52,787 bases of DNA from Chrysochromulina tobinii (Eukaryota), in the NCBI GenBank assembly GCA_001275005.1, contig JWZX01002637.1:1-52787 (forward strand), in the 5' to 3' direction. The translations under genes and the position numbers were made by a program. A model generated the notes under the pieces. It worked only from the letters and a program-made list of their open reading frames with translations. It had not been told where the DNA came from and made no database searches. This document shows positions 33,301-41,841 of the stretch, in pieces; position 1 is the first letter of the stretch, and each line of letters opens with the position of its first letter.

Positions 33301-33713
33301 GACTGCTTCTTGATATTTGGTCCGCCGAACTTGCCCTTGTCGAGACAATTCACGCACTCGCCGCAATCGGGCTGCTTGCACTTATCGCACGCGTTACACC
33401 GTTTTCCGGACCACGTCCGCATCTTGGGAAACTTCGCCCGCTTCACGAGGGATGCGTTGCTGGATTGATCGAAACTGGTGTTGGATGGCGATCGAGCAAC
33501 CATGTGGAGTGGGTCGAGCTCCTCGTGATTCTCGTCCCTCGCTTTTTCTCTGCGGCGCGCGCGATCGAGTCTCATCTTGCACGCTACGACCGAACGCCCG
33601 TTTCCGACGGCCCGCGCCGTTGCTGTCCAGTCAAGACCAGCCCCGATCGCGTCCAGCAGTCGCTCTTCTTCGTCCGCGCTCCAGCGCGGCATTGGGATGT
33701 CCTGGGTCCACAT
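27306..33713 (-). CDS. Large chromatin/DNA-binding protein: Myb/SANT-like, 2x CXXC zinc finger, C2H2 finger, 2x AP2-like, Zn-cluster-like Cys6 motif, ELM2, acidic tail
   Basis: '[39 protein letters not shown]'; '[39 protein letters not shown]' and '[39 protein letters not shown]' (KFGG-type CXXC); '[21 protein letters not shown]'; 'FKGVTK...[14 protein letters not shown]'; 'TGYYGV...[13 protein letters not shown]'; '[11 protein letters not shown]...[11 protein letters not shown]'; 'SRVGDDFQA'. Undetected in-frame introns cannot be excluded. Confidence 0.8.
   Translation of the reverse strand: [2135 protein letters not shown]
30106..30450 (-). repeat. Coding minisatellite: 7 x 39 bp ([13 protein letters not shown]) at 30106-30378, then 2 x 36 bp ([12 protein letters not shown]) at 30379-30450
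   Basis: The unit ggcgccggaggtcgcggcgctggtggcagcatgctcgtt recurs at 39-bp spacing. Confidence 0.95.
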
Positions 33714-34201
33714 TGCGTTTCTCGCTCTGCGACACCGCGTGACGCTTCTTGAGAAAGGGTCACGCTTCTTGCAAAGCCCACAGCCTCGTGTTCCTAACAT
33801 TTTTGCATGCGTGTATCCGATACACGTCATCTTTCGAACGACAAAAACACCGGATTTTGGTTCTCTCGCCCCGCGGCAGTGTTACTAGTGTTTTCGCACA
33901 TTCACGTTAAAATACATCAGCTTAACACTCCACGCCAAGCACTGTGCACGGGGGTGTCGCCGCCTGTCTTGGCATACGATTGTTTTTACTTACTGTAGCT
34001 TACTTGTGACGCCGTCATGGTCGCCGTCGTCGCGCCTTGCACGCTCAACACTCTGCGCGTGCACTCTCTCTCCCCCTCTCTCATGCTGGCTCTATCGAAG
34101 TCATCATGACCACTCACGAGTCCAACTCGTGCTCGGTCTCAAATGCAGCTGGGATGCCCTGGGCTCTGAGACTGGTGGAACGTCGACGTCACTTCTCACG
34201 C

Positions 34202-34906
34202 TCACGTCGTCAAGAAGTTCACCGAATTCGCAAGGAGGGTAGTGCCAACACCCGTCCGAGGATCCGCCGGGCCGGACATGTTGGGCCGGCCTCCGGCGAC
34301 TGGCCTCGCCGCCGGGTCCACGCGGCCGCGCTTTTGCTCCATCAGGGGCATCGTTTTGCGCTCATAGACATCGGGCGGGGGCGGCGGCCCATGGGCAAGG
34401 CTGATTTGTGAGGCGATCGGCTTGAAGGGAACACGCTGGCTGCGCGAGGGGCCGGCGCGCTCGAAGCCCGTGAGGACTAGCTGCTCCTCGTCGGGACGCT
34501 GGAAGGCCAGCGTGGACTCGCTCACGCCCACGCGGGCCCATTCGGGCTGCTGCACATGCGCGTTCCTTGCGTAGACCTCGCGCTGGCGATACGCGGCGTG
34601 GAAGGGCTGCTGCTGTTGCCATTGGCGCTGCTGCTCCACGCCGCCAAAGCCCGTCGCCATCGCCGCCGAGAGGGCCTCAGAGTCGCGCGCCTCCGCCTGC
34701 TCGAGTGCAGCCAAGAAGTCTTGCCTGCTCGCGAGCTCGTGCACTCGATAGTAGCCCGGGCCCTGGTCTCCTCGTTTGAATTCATAGCCCGCCTTGGGGC
34801 CTTGGAAGCCCCCCGCAGGTAAGAACTCAGACCGCAAGCCGGCGGCTTGCCGGCCGTGGCTCGGTGGTCGTGGCTCCGTGGCCGCGCGATCCATTGCGCG
34901 GACCAT
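34202..34906 (-). CDS. Hypothetical protein with an algal 'F-x-G-x-K-x-GY-x-FK-x-G-x-x-G-x-GYY' motif
   Basis: 'EFLPAGGFQGPKAGYEFKRGDQGPGYYR'. ATG at 34906 or 34894; divergent from the CUE gene. Confidence 0.6.
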   Translation of the reverse strand: MVRAMDRAATEPRPPSHGRQAAGLRSEFLPAGGFQGPKAGYEFKRGDQGPGYYRVHELASRQDFLAALEQAEARDSEALSAAMATGFGGVEQQRQWQQQQPFHAAYRQREVYARNAHVQQPEWARVGVSESTLAFQRPDEEQLVLTGFERAGPSRSQRVPFKPIASQISLAHGPPPPPDVYERKTMPLMEQKRGRVDPAARPVAGGRPNMSGPADPRTGVGTTLLANSVNFLTT

Positions 34907-35177
34907 CGATCGCGGTCCAAAATGTGTAAAAGGTGCTCGCAAAAGCGACAGCGCGATAGGAAGACAATCACAACGTGCTTTGGTTGACACCCAGGGTTCG
35001 AGACGAAGTTATAGGGAATGTAGTGTGAAGAGACCTTCACGCTTGGTGTGAGTTTGGTTTGTGCGTGTTGGTGTGTTGTGAATGAAGAGGGAAGCTTGCG
35101 CGCTTCATGCGCTTTTTCTGCACTCTCCGTCGATCGCCGGAGCGGAGAGCAGAGCGGTGATCAACATCTCTGACGTG

Positions 35178-36209
35178 ATGATGGACAGTCTTATCGCCAT
35201 GTTTCCAGACGTGGATCCGGAGACGCTGCAGGCCGTCCTCGACAGCTGCAACGGCAATGTCGAGGCGGCAGTCGAGGTACTCCTCGGCATGACCACTGAG
35301 CGGCTGGTCGCGTCTTCGCAGCGGCCGCCAGTAGCGGTAGCGCGCCCGATTGCCGGCGAGGAGGCAGACGATGCCACCAGGGCGTGGCAGATGGCTCATG
35401 ACGAGGAGCTCGCCCAGCAGCTGGGCAGGCAGATGGCTCAGGACGAGGAGCTCGCTCGACACCTACAGGAACAGCTCATCTTCGAAGAGGAGCAGCAGCA
35501 GCGCCAGCTTCGGAGCCGACTGGAAGCTGTCGCGCGCTACCCAGGTGCCCAGCCCGCTCCGGTCTCATACCCCGGTGCCTACCCAGATGTACCGGGCTGG
35601 GCATCGGGTGGTACCCCGGTGCCCACTCAGGTCGCACGCTACGGTCCCGTACCAGCTGCCGTCACCGAAGCGGGCTACCACCCGAATGTGCATCGGCCTG
35701 CCAGCTGGGGCGTGGCCGCTCCGCCGCCGCCGCCCGCGGCCGGCGAAGAGGGCTACGGCATCGTGAGCGGCCTGTCCAGCGCCGGCTCGTCAGTTGTTTC
35801 CGCAGTAGGCTCGTTGTGGAGCTGGGCAACGGCGGCTGAGCCGGCTGCCGAGCCCAGCGCCGTGTTGAGCGCATCGAGGAGCGATGGCGGCGCACGCACT
35901 CCAAGGCATCCTGGGGACGGGGCTGAGGATGAGCCGCGCGAGATGCAAACCATTCGGAGCCGCGAGTTGAGGGGCCCTGCGCGCGAGCTCGTCTCCGTCG
36001 CTGGAGACGAGGGCACCCAGGACCACAGCGCCCTCTATGCGGCCGGAGGCAGCGGCGGAAGCTGCAGCGCCGCCGGCGGTGGTGACGGCAGTGGGGCCGA
36101 AGTACAGGTGCTGACCTCGGGCTACGCAGGCGGCAGCGGCGGCGAGGTCCGGCGGCGCCGAGGGAAGGTACCTCAAGGGGATGCAGAGCAGCACAATGAC
36201 CTCCTCTAA
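35178..36209 (+). CDS. CUE-domain ubiquitin-binding protein with two DEELA (MIU/UIM-like) helices
   Basis: 'LIAMFPDVDPETLQAVLDSCNGNVEAAVEVLLGM' (MFP...LL CUE signature) followed by 'DEELAQQL' and 'DEELARHLQEQ'. Confidence 0.85.
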   Translation: MMDSLIAMFPDVDPETLQAVLDSCNGNVEAAVEVLLGMTTERLVASSQRPPVAVARPIAGEEADDATRAWQMAHDEELAQQLGRQMAQDEELARHLQEQLIFEEEQQQRQLRSRLEAVARYPGAQPAPVSYPGAYPDVPGWASGGTPVPTQVARYGPVPAAVTEAGYHPNVHRPASWGVAAPPPPPAAGEEGYGIVSGLSSAGSSVVSAVGSLWSWATAAEPAAEPSAVLSASRSDGGARTPRHPGDGAEDEPREMQTIRSRELRGPARELVSVAGDEGTQDHSALYAAGGSGGSCSAAGGGDGSGAEVQVLTSGYAGGSGGEVRRRRGKVPQGDAEQHNDLL

Positions 36210-36666
36210 ACCAACGGCCCGCTCCGACTGGGTACGGGGACTGCCCCGATCCATGGCAGTGGCGGCTGTCGCGCGCTCTTAGTGTGCCACAGCTGTGGGC
36301 GCGGTTGGTAGGAGTACTTCTACTTCACGTCACGATGCGTGTGCGACGAGGAAGAAATGCTGTGCACGACGGCTGCTAGCGTGCGTTGCTGACCGCTCCG
36401 TGGCGGGGGGGTCCGCACGATTTTGTAACTGTTAAGATACACAAAAGGTCGGACATAACGAACGAAGGGCAAAGCGCGGCGGGCGCGGGGATATCGTGCA
36501 GCTGGTGTGAGTGTGCAGCTGTGCACCCTCTAGAGCGTCTAGGGTCGACTGGCACGCCCGGACCACGGCGGGGCATAGCGCTCTATAGCGCTAGCCGAGG
36601 CTCGCGAAACCGAGTGCGGCTGCCACTCACAGGCGGCGGAGGCACGAACAGCTGCATGTGCCCCCG

Positions 36667-37221
36667 CTATGCTTCGCCTTCAGCCTTCTTGTCGCCAATC
36701 ATGACCGTTTCCCAATCATCGGACCCTGCGAGCGAAGTGAGCGAGGCGCGCGCGGTGGGGGTGCAGAATGGCAGGTCAGGCGCCGCGAGCGAGCGTGGCG
36801 TGGTTTCGGGCCATCGGGCGCGAGCATAGGCAGCACGCACCCTGAATCCGGTAGACCATGTACAACACCATGTCGTTCTCAATCTACGCAGAGGTGCATG
36901 TGGCATCCGGAAGAGGTTGGCACGGCGGGACGGCAATTTAGGAGCACGAGGCGCACGCGGCGTGGGCTGTGCTTTCGGCCCGTAGAGGGAGTGGCTCACC
37001 TTCTGCTCTTTGAGAGTCTTGTTCTCGTCGAGCAAGACCTCTCCCGATTCGTCCAGGTAGAAGCGCATTTCGGATGTCGGCACCTTGGTGACGAGGTTGG
37101 CCCGCGCCCGCAGGTCGTGAACCGTGTCAATCGGCATGTTGGCGTACAGGAAAATGGTCTGCCGCTTCCTCTTCACGCGGACATACTCAGACGACTCGGC
37201 CGTGGCTGGTACCGCGCTCAT
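36667..37221 (-). CDS. Elongin-B-like ubiquitin-fold protein, 3 exons (37221-37000, 36883-36841, 36725-36667)
   Basis: Spliced product: MSAVPATAESSEYVRVKRKRQTIFLYANMPIDTVHDLRARANLVTKVPTSEMRFYLDESGEVLLDENKTLKEQK-IENDMVLYMVYRIQG-SDDWETVMIGDKKAEGEA. Introns GTGAGC...TAG (36999-36884) and GTGCGT...CAG (36840-36726). Confidence 0.8.
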   Translation of the reverse strand: MSAVPATAESSEYVRVKRKRQTIFLYANMPIDTVHDLRARANLVTKVPTSEMRFYLDESGEVLLDENKTLKEQKVSHSLYGPKAQPTPRAPRAPKLPSRRANLFRMPHAPLRRLRTTWCCTWSTGFRVRAAYARARWPETTPRSLAAPDLPFCTPTARASLTSLAGSDDWETVMIGDKKAEGEA

Positions 37222-37434
37222 TTGCTTGTGGCGTCGAGTGCCACTACTAAACTCTCCGCAACGTCGGCCTGTGAATGCAAAACACGCGACCAAGTTTACT
37301 ACGACACAAAAATCCCTCCTTTCCCCACACATGGAGAGTTATTCGAGGTGTGAACGCGCGGTGTGGATTCTGAAGGAACGCGAACTTGCGCTCCCCAGGG
37401 GTAACTCTCTTTTTGGGCTGCCGGACGCGAGCAG

Positions 37435-40400
37435 ATGCCGCCGCGCACGCGGAGGCCGGACGCTCAGCAGCAGCGGCTTCTTGACCACATCGATGCAAAT
37501 GCAACGGAGATGCATCCAAAAGCAGCTTCTGCAACTCTGCCCGGTCAACCGCCAGCCCAACCAAAGAAGACGCCACAGCGAGCCTCGGCTCCCAGCGGAG
37601 CCAAACCCCGGCCACCTGGCAAGGCGAGGTTCAATGATCTCGTCGTCGAGGTGCCCGCGACGTCGCATGCCCACGGCGGCGACGAGGGCGGCGGCGAGGA
37701 TGTGTACGAGGATTTTGAGCGTGGGGATGGCGTGCAAGCGAACAACCACCACAGCGAGGACGATGTGGACGAGTCCGCCGTGCGGAACTCCTGGATCACG
37801 GCACCATGCAATTGCTGCTTGGCCCTCTGGGCGTCGCTTGGCGAGATGATCGAGGGCGGCGCTGAGCAGATCGTGGGGCTGCTCTTGTTCCCGCTCAGTC
37901 TCCTGACCTACTTCTACTTTGCCGTCTCTGACGGCGCTCTCGACCCGATGACGTGGATTGAAGGTTCGACCTGCGCGTGGCTCGGATTGATCGGTGCGGG
38001 ATGTGAAGGCGCAGGCGGCGGCGACGACGGCGACGCCGCGGGCGCGCCTCCGCCTCCGCCCTGGCACCCCAGCTGGTCAGAGCTAGCCAACGCCGCGGGC
38101 GCGACGTACGCGATGCTCCATCCCGTCCTGTACGTCGCGCTCGACATTGGACTGCTGCTGGGCATTTCGCTGCTCGTGCTCTTCGAGGCGGACCTGTACC
38201 GCTGCTACCGCGACTGTCGTAGCCGCCGGTACGAAGAGGTCGACGAGATGGACGAGGCGGAGCAAGCCGGGGCGAGTCTGTCGGCCTCGGCCAGCACCAT
38301 TCAAAAGTATGGCAAAGCTGCGGTGATGGCCGCGGCCTTTTCGAAGCCGGTGCGCATGATGCGCGAGAGGACGCTGCGGAACGAGCTGCACAAGGCCATT
38401 GACACGAGCGAGGAGCTCTACCTGCAGAAGATGGTTCGGACTCAGAGCGACGAGGACGACGAGGACGACGAGCAACTCGCGCAGCAGATGGAGGTGCAAA
38501 GGGCGCGACAATCGCAGCTGCAGGCGGCGCTCTCGCGTAACCACTCGTTCAAGACCTCGCCGGAGCGCTTCCTCAAGCGGACCAGGACGTTCAAGGGCTC
38601 GTGGTGCGACAAGATGAGACACAGCTCCTTCATTCAAGTCTTCCGCCGCTCGCTCAACGGTCTCGTTAACGTGTGGCTCTACTTTGCGGATCTGATCTCC
38701 GACATCGAGGTCACCGTGCTCCTGTTCTCATCGAGTCAATGGGCCTGGGCGAGCATCGCGTCTGTCTTCTTGTTCCTCCAATTCTTCGTCGTGTGGCTGC
38801 GCGTGCTCCCGTACCTCCACGACACCTTCGGGCCAGAGTCCGGATTGTACCGCTTCTTTGTCGTCCTTGGTTTCCCTTTGGGCATGCTCGGACTCGACTG
38901 CCTCATGTTCCTCGAGCCGTTTGGGCTGCTGCCCGTCGTGCCCTGCCTCACGGACCAGATGCGCCAGTTCATCCCGGCGTACAAGGCGACCCGCATCATC
39001 GCCGAGGTGCTCATCGAGAGCTTGCCGCAGATGATCCTCCAATCCTACATAATGGTCACGGTCTTTTCTCGCGTGCACGCGGGCATGGCGACCGCGACGG
39101 AGCTCAGCCTGCTCAACGCGTCCATCGACGGAGCGCCCTTCTCTGAGATCTTGCCGCGCTCGATTGCGATCAGCACCATCACGTCGCTCAAGGCGTGGAT
39201 CGAGCTCGTTCAGTCGGCGCGCGAAGCTGGCATCACGGTACGCGAAAAGGCCAACCAACTTCTGAAAGTTGGGTACGGTCTCCCGCTCGATGCTCTGAAG
39301 AGGGGCGCCATCTACGAGTGGTCTTGCACATACCACATTTCCGAGGTCGAAGTGCCGCCCCTGCTCGATGCGCTCATCAAGAACTCGAGCCTCACGCGCC
39401 TCAACCTGTCCATCTCCGGCTTCGAGTGGAACGGTCCGGAGGCGAGCAAGGCGTTCAGCGGCGCGCCGCTCATTGAGGCGTTGGCTGAGAGCGCCTCCGC
39501 GCTCGCCGAGTTGCAATGCCTTGTCGTGAGCCAGGAGAGCGGCTATCCCATCCCAGTGGGCAAGCTGCGCAAGGGCGGCGAGATCGCCAAGGACGCGCTG
39601 CACGAGACGCGCCTGCTGCGACCGGGGGGTCCTCGATTGCTTGAGGTCCTGCTGATCGGCGACTTACTGCGCAAGGATCGCTCCAAGTCCCTCGTCGACC
39701 AGCATAAGGTGGAGGAGTCCGCCAGCAAGGTGGTCGCACTCATCGAGCGTGCCAGGCGCGGCGAGGTGAACGTGGACGCGTGGCAGACGCAGGTGGTCGA
39801 GCTGATCGTCGCAGGGGAGCTGCGCCGTGCACACCTGAAGGGTCTCTTCACAGTGCGTGTGCTGCACGATGTCGGCTTTGAGCCGAAGCAGCTGCTGGCC
39901 CTCGGCCACCGGCCAATCGAACTCAAGGAGGCCGGGTACAGCGCCAAGGACCTGATGGACAAGTGCGACATCAAGCTGCCCGCTCTCAAGGCGCTCGGCT
40001 ACAAGGTCAAAGATCTCAAGGCGGCAGATGCGACCGTGCACGAGCTTAAGGCGCTCGGGTTTGGCGCCTCCGCCCTCAAGGACGAAGCCGGATATGGACT
40101 GCTCGATCTCAAGGACGCGAGCTTCACGCTCGAAGAGCTCAAGGCGGCGGGCTTCGGGCCGTCGGAGCTCAAACTTGTGGCCGGGTACAAGGCGCCGGAG
40201 CTGCGCCTTGCCGGCTTTACCGCGAGCGAGCTGCGCAGCACCAAAGCTTTTGTGGGTCCGGAGCTGCGGGAGGCGGGCTACTCGGCGACGGAGCTCAGGG
40301 CCGCTGGCTATGACTGCAAGTTTGTGATCAAGGCGGGCTACAACACGATCGAGGCGACCGAGGCGGGCTTCACGCTCCCGCAGCTGGTGGCGGCGGGATG

Positions 40401-41841
40401 CGAATGCAAGCCGCTCAAGGAGGCAGGCTGGAAGGCGCCCGAGATGCGAAAGGCCGGCTTCCAGCTCAACCACCTCGATTGGGCGGGTTACGATGCGCAA
40501 GAGCTGCAGGCCGCCGGGTTTGACGCGGCGCTGCTCAAAGAGAGCGGCATCGGGCTGCTCAAGCTGAAAAAGGCGGGAACGCCCATCGCCAAGATCCGTG
40601 AGGCCGGTTTCAAAGCGGACCGTCTCAAGCTGGAGGGATACAAGGCGGGCGAGCTGGCAAAGGGCGGATACTCTGCCAAGGAGCTACGTGGCTTCCGCGA
40701 CCAGCTGTACGCCGAGGGTGAGGGCGCGTACGCGGGGTACACGGCCAAGGAGATGCATGACTCGCAAGTGGAATTCTCCGCCAAGGAGCTCATAGGAGCG
40801 GGATACACATGCGCCGAGCTCCGGGACGGTGGGTACACGGCCGGTGAGTTGAAAGCCAAAGGCGCTTCGTTAGCCGAGATGCGGGGTGGCGGCTACACCT
40901 GCGCAGAGCTCCTCGAGGGTGGCTTCACCGTTGAGCAGCTCAAGATTGTCGCGAGCGCGAAGGAGATGACGGAGGCGGGCGTCAGCCCGAAGGTGCTGCG
41001 CGCGCTGGGGTACAGCGTCAACTTGCTGCGCAAGGCCGGGGTGACCGCAGCGGCGCTGCAGGCGGCAGGTTGCACCAACGACGACTTGTTCAAGGGTGGT
41101 TTCGACGCCAAGGAGCTGTGGGAGCTGGGCCTGCGTGTGCGCGAGCTCAAGGGCATCGGCGTGAGCGCGGCCGAATTGCGCCAGCTCGGCTGCAAGGCAA
41201 AGCTCCTCGGCGAGGTCGGTTTCACAGCAGCCGAGTTGATCAAGGGGGGCTTCCACCCGCGCGAGGTGGAGGCGGTGCAGACGAGCGCTGACGGCGTGAC
41301 TTCGGTCAGCGCACTGCGTGCCAAGGGCTACAGTGCGGCCGAGTTGCGAATGATCGGCTTCCAGGTGGCGGAGATGCGCAGCGGGGGGTACACGTGCCGT
41401 CAGGTGCGCGAGGGCGGGTTCACGCAAGAGGAGCTCCTCGAGGGTGGCTTCCGACAGCGCAGCGTCGATGCCACCGATGGGCGCCCCGTGTCTACGCTGC
41501 GCGTGGAGGGCAGGTATTACGCCAAGGACCTCGCTGCCATCGGCTTCACCACACAGGAAATGTTCGAGGGTGGTTACAGCACCAAGGAGCTCACCGAGAT
41601 TGGCGTGGGCGTTGCCGAGCTCAAGGCCGCGGGCGCCAGCGCCGGGGCACTGCACGAGGCGGGAGTCGCCGGTAGGGATCTCAAAGCCGCGGGCTACACG
41701 TTGCGTCAGCTGCGAGAGGGCGGGTTCGCGTGGAAAGAGCTCGTCATCTTCTTGCGCAGCACCCACGCCGAGCTGGTGGAAGCTGGCTTTGCGGGCCTCG
41801 ACCCGAAGGATATGATCTTCAAGCAGTATCGACCGGAGTAA
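37435..41841 (+). CDS. Membrane protein with an XK-related (XKR)-like TM domain and a long C-terminal decapeptide repeat region
   Basis: 'WLYFADLISDIEVTVLLF' and 'IAEVLIESLPQMILQSYI' resemble XK-family motifs. From ~39870 onward the protein is repeats of the form (A/V)xEL(K/R)xAG(Y/F)x. Confidence 0.75.
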   Translation: MPPRTRRPDAQQQRLLDHIDANATEMHPKAASATLPGQPPAQPKKTPQRASAPSGAKPRPPGKARFNDLVVEVPATSHAHGGDEGGGEDVYEDFERGDGVQANNHHSEDDVDESAVRNSWITAPCNCCLALWASLGEMIEGGAEQIVGLLLFPLSLLTYFYFAVSDGALDPMTWIEGSTCAWLGLIGAGCEGAGGGDDGDAAGAPPPPPWHPSWSELANAAGATYAMLHPVLYVALDIGLLLGISLLVLFEADLYRCYRDCRSRRYEEVDEMDEAEQAGASLSASASTIQKYGKAAVMAAAFSKPVRMMRERTLRNELHKAIDTSEELYLQKMVRTQSDEDDEDDEQLAQQMEVQRARQSQLQAALSRNHSFKTSPERFLKRTRTFKGSWCDKMRHSSFIQVFRRSLNGLVNVWLYFADLISDIEVTVLLFSSSQWAWASIASVFLFLQFFVVWLRVLPYLHDTFGPESGLYRFFVVLGFPLGMLGLDCLMFLEPFGLLPVVPCLTDQMRQFIPAYKATRIIAEVLIESLPQMILQSYIMVTVFSRVHAGMATATELSLLNASIDGAPFSEILPRSIAISTITSLKAWIELVQSAREAGITVREKANQLLKVGYGLPLDALKRGAIYEWSCTYHISEVEVPPLLDALIKNSSLTRLNLSISGFEWNGPEASKAFSGAPLIEALAESASALAELQCLVVSQESGYPIPVGKLRKGGEIAKDALHETRLLRPGGPRLLEVLLIGDLLRKDRSKSLVDQHKVEESASKVVALIERARRGEVNVDAWQTQVVELIVAGELRRAHLKGLFTVRVLHDVGFEPKQLLALGHRPIELKEAGYSAKDLMDKCDIKLPALKALGYKVKDLKAADATVHELKALGFGASALKDEAGYGLLDLKDASFTLEELKAAGFGPSELKLVAGYKAPELRLAGFTASELRSTKAFVGPELREAGYSATELRAAGYDCKFVIKAGYNTIEATEAGFTLPQLVAAGCECKPLKEAGWKAPEMRKAGFQLNHLDWAGYDAQELQAAGFDAALLKESGIGLLKLKKAGTPIAKIREAGFKADRLKLEGYKAGELAKGGYSAKELRGFRDQLYAEGEGAYAGYTAKEMHDSQVEFSAKELIGAGYTCAELRDGGYTAGELKAKGASLAEMRGGGYTCAELLEGGFTVEQLKIVASAKEMTEAGVSPKVLRALGYSVNLLRKAGVTAAALQAAGCTNDDLFKGGFDAKELWELGLRVRELKGIGVSAAELRQLGCKAKLLGEVGFTAAELIKGGFHPREVEAVQTSADGVTSVSALRAKGYSAAELRMIGFQVAEMRSGGYTCRQVREGGFTQEELLEGGFRQRSVDATDGRPVSTLRVEGRYYAKDLAAIGFTTQEMFEGGYSTKELTEIGVGVAELKAAGASAGALHEAGVAGRDLKAAGYTLRQLREGGFAWKELVIFLRSTHAELVEAGFAGLDPKDMIFKQYRPE

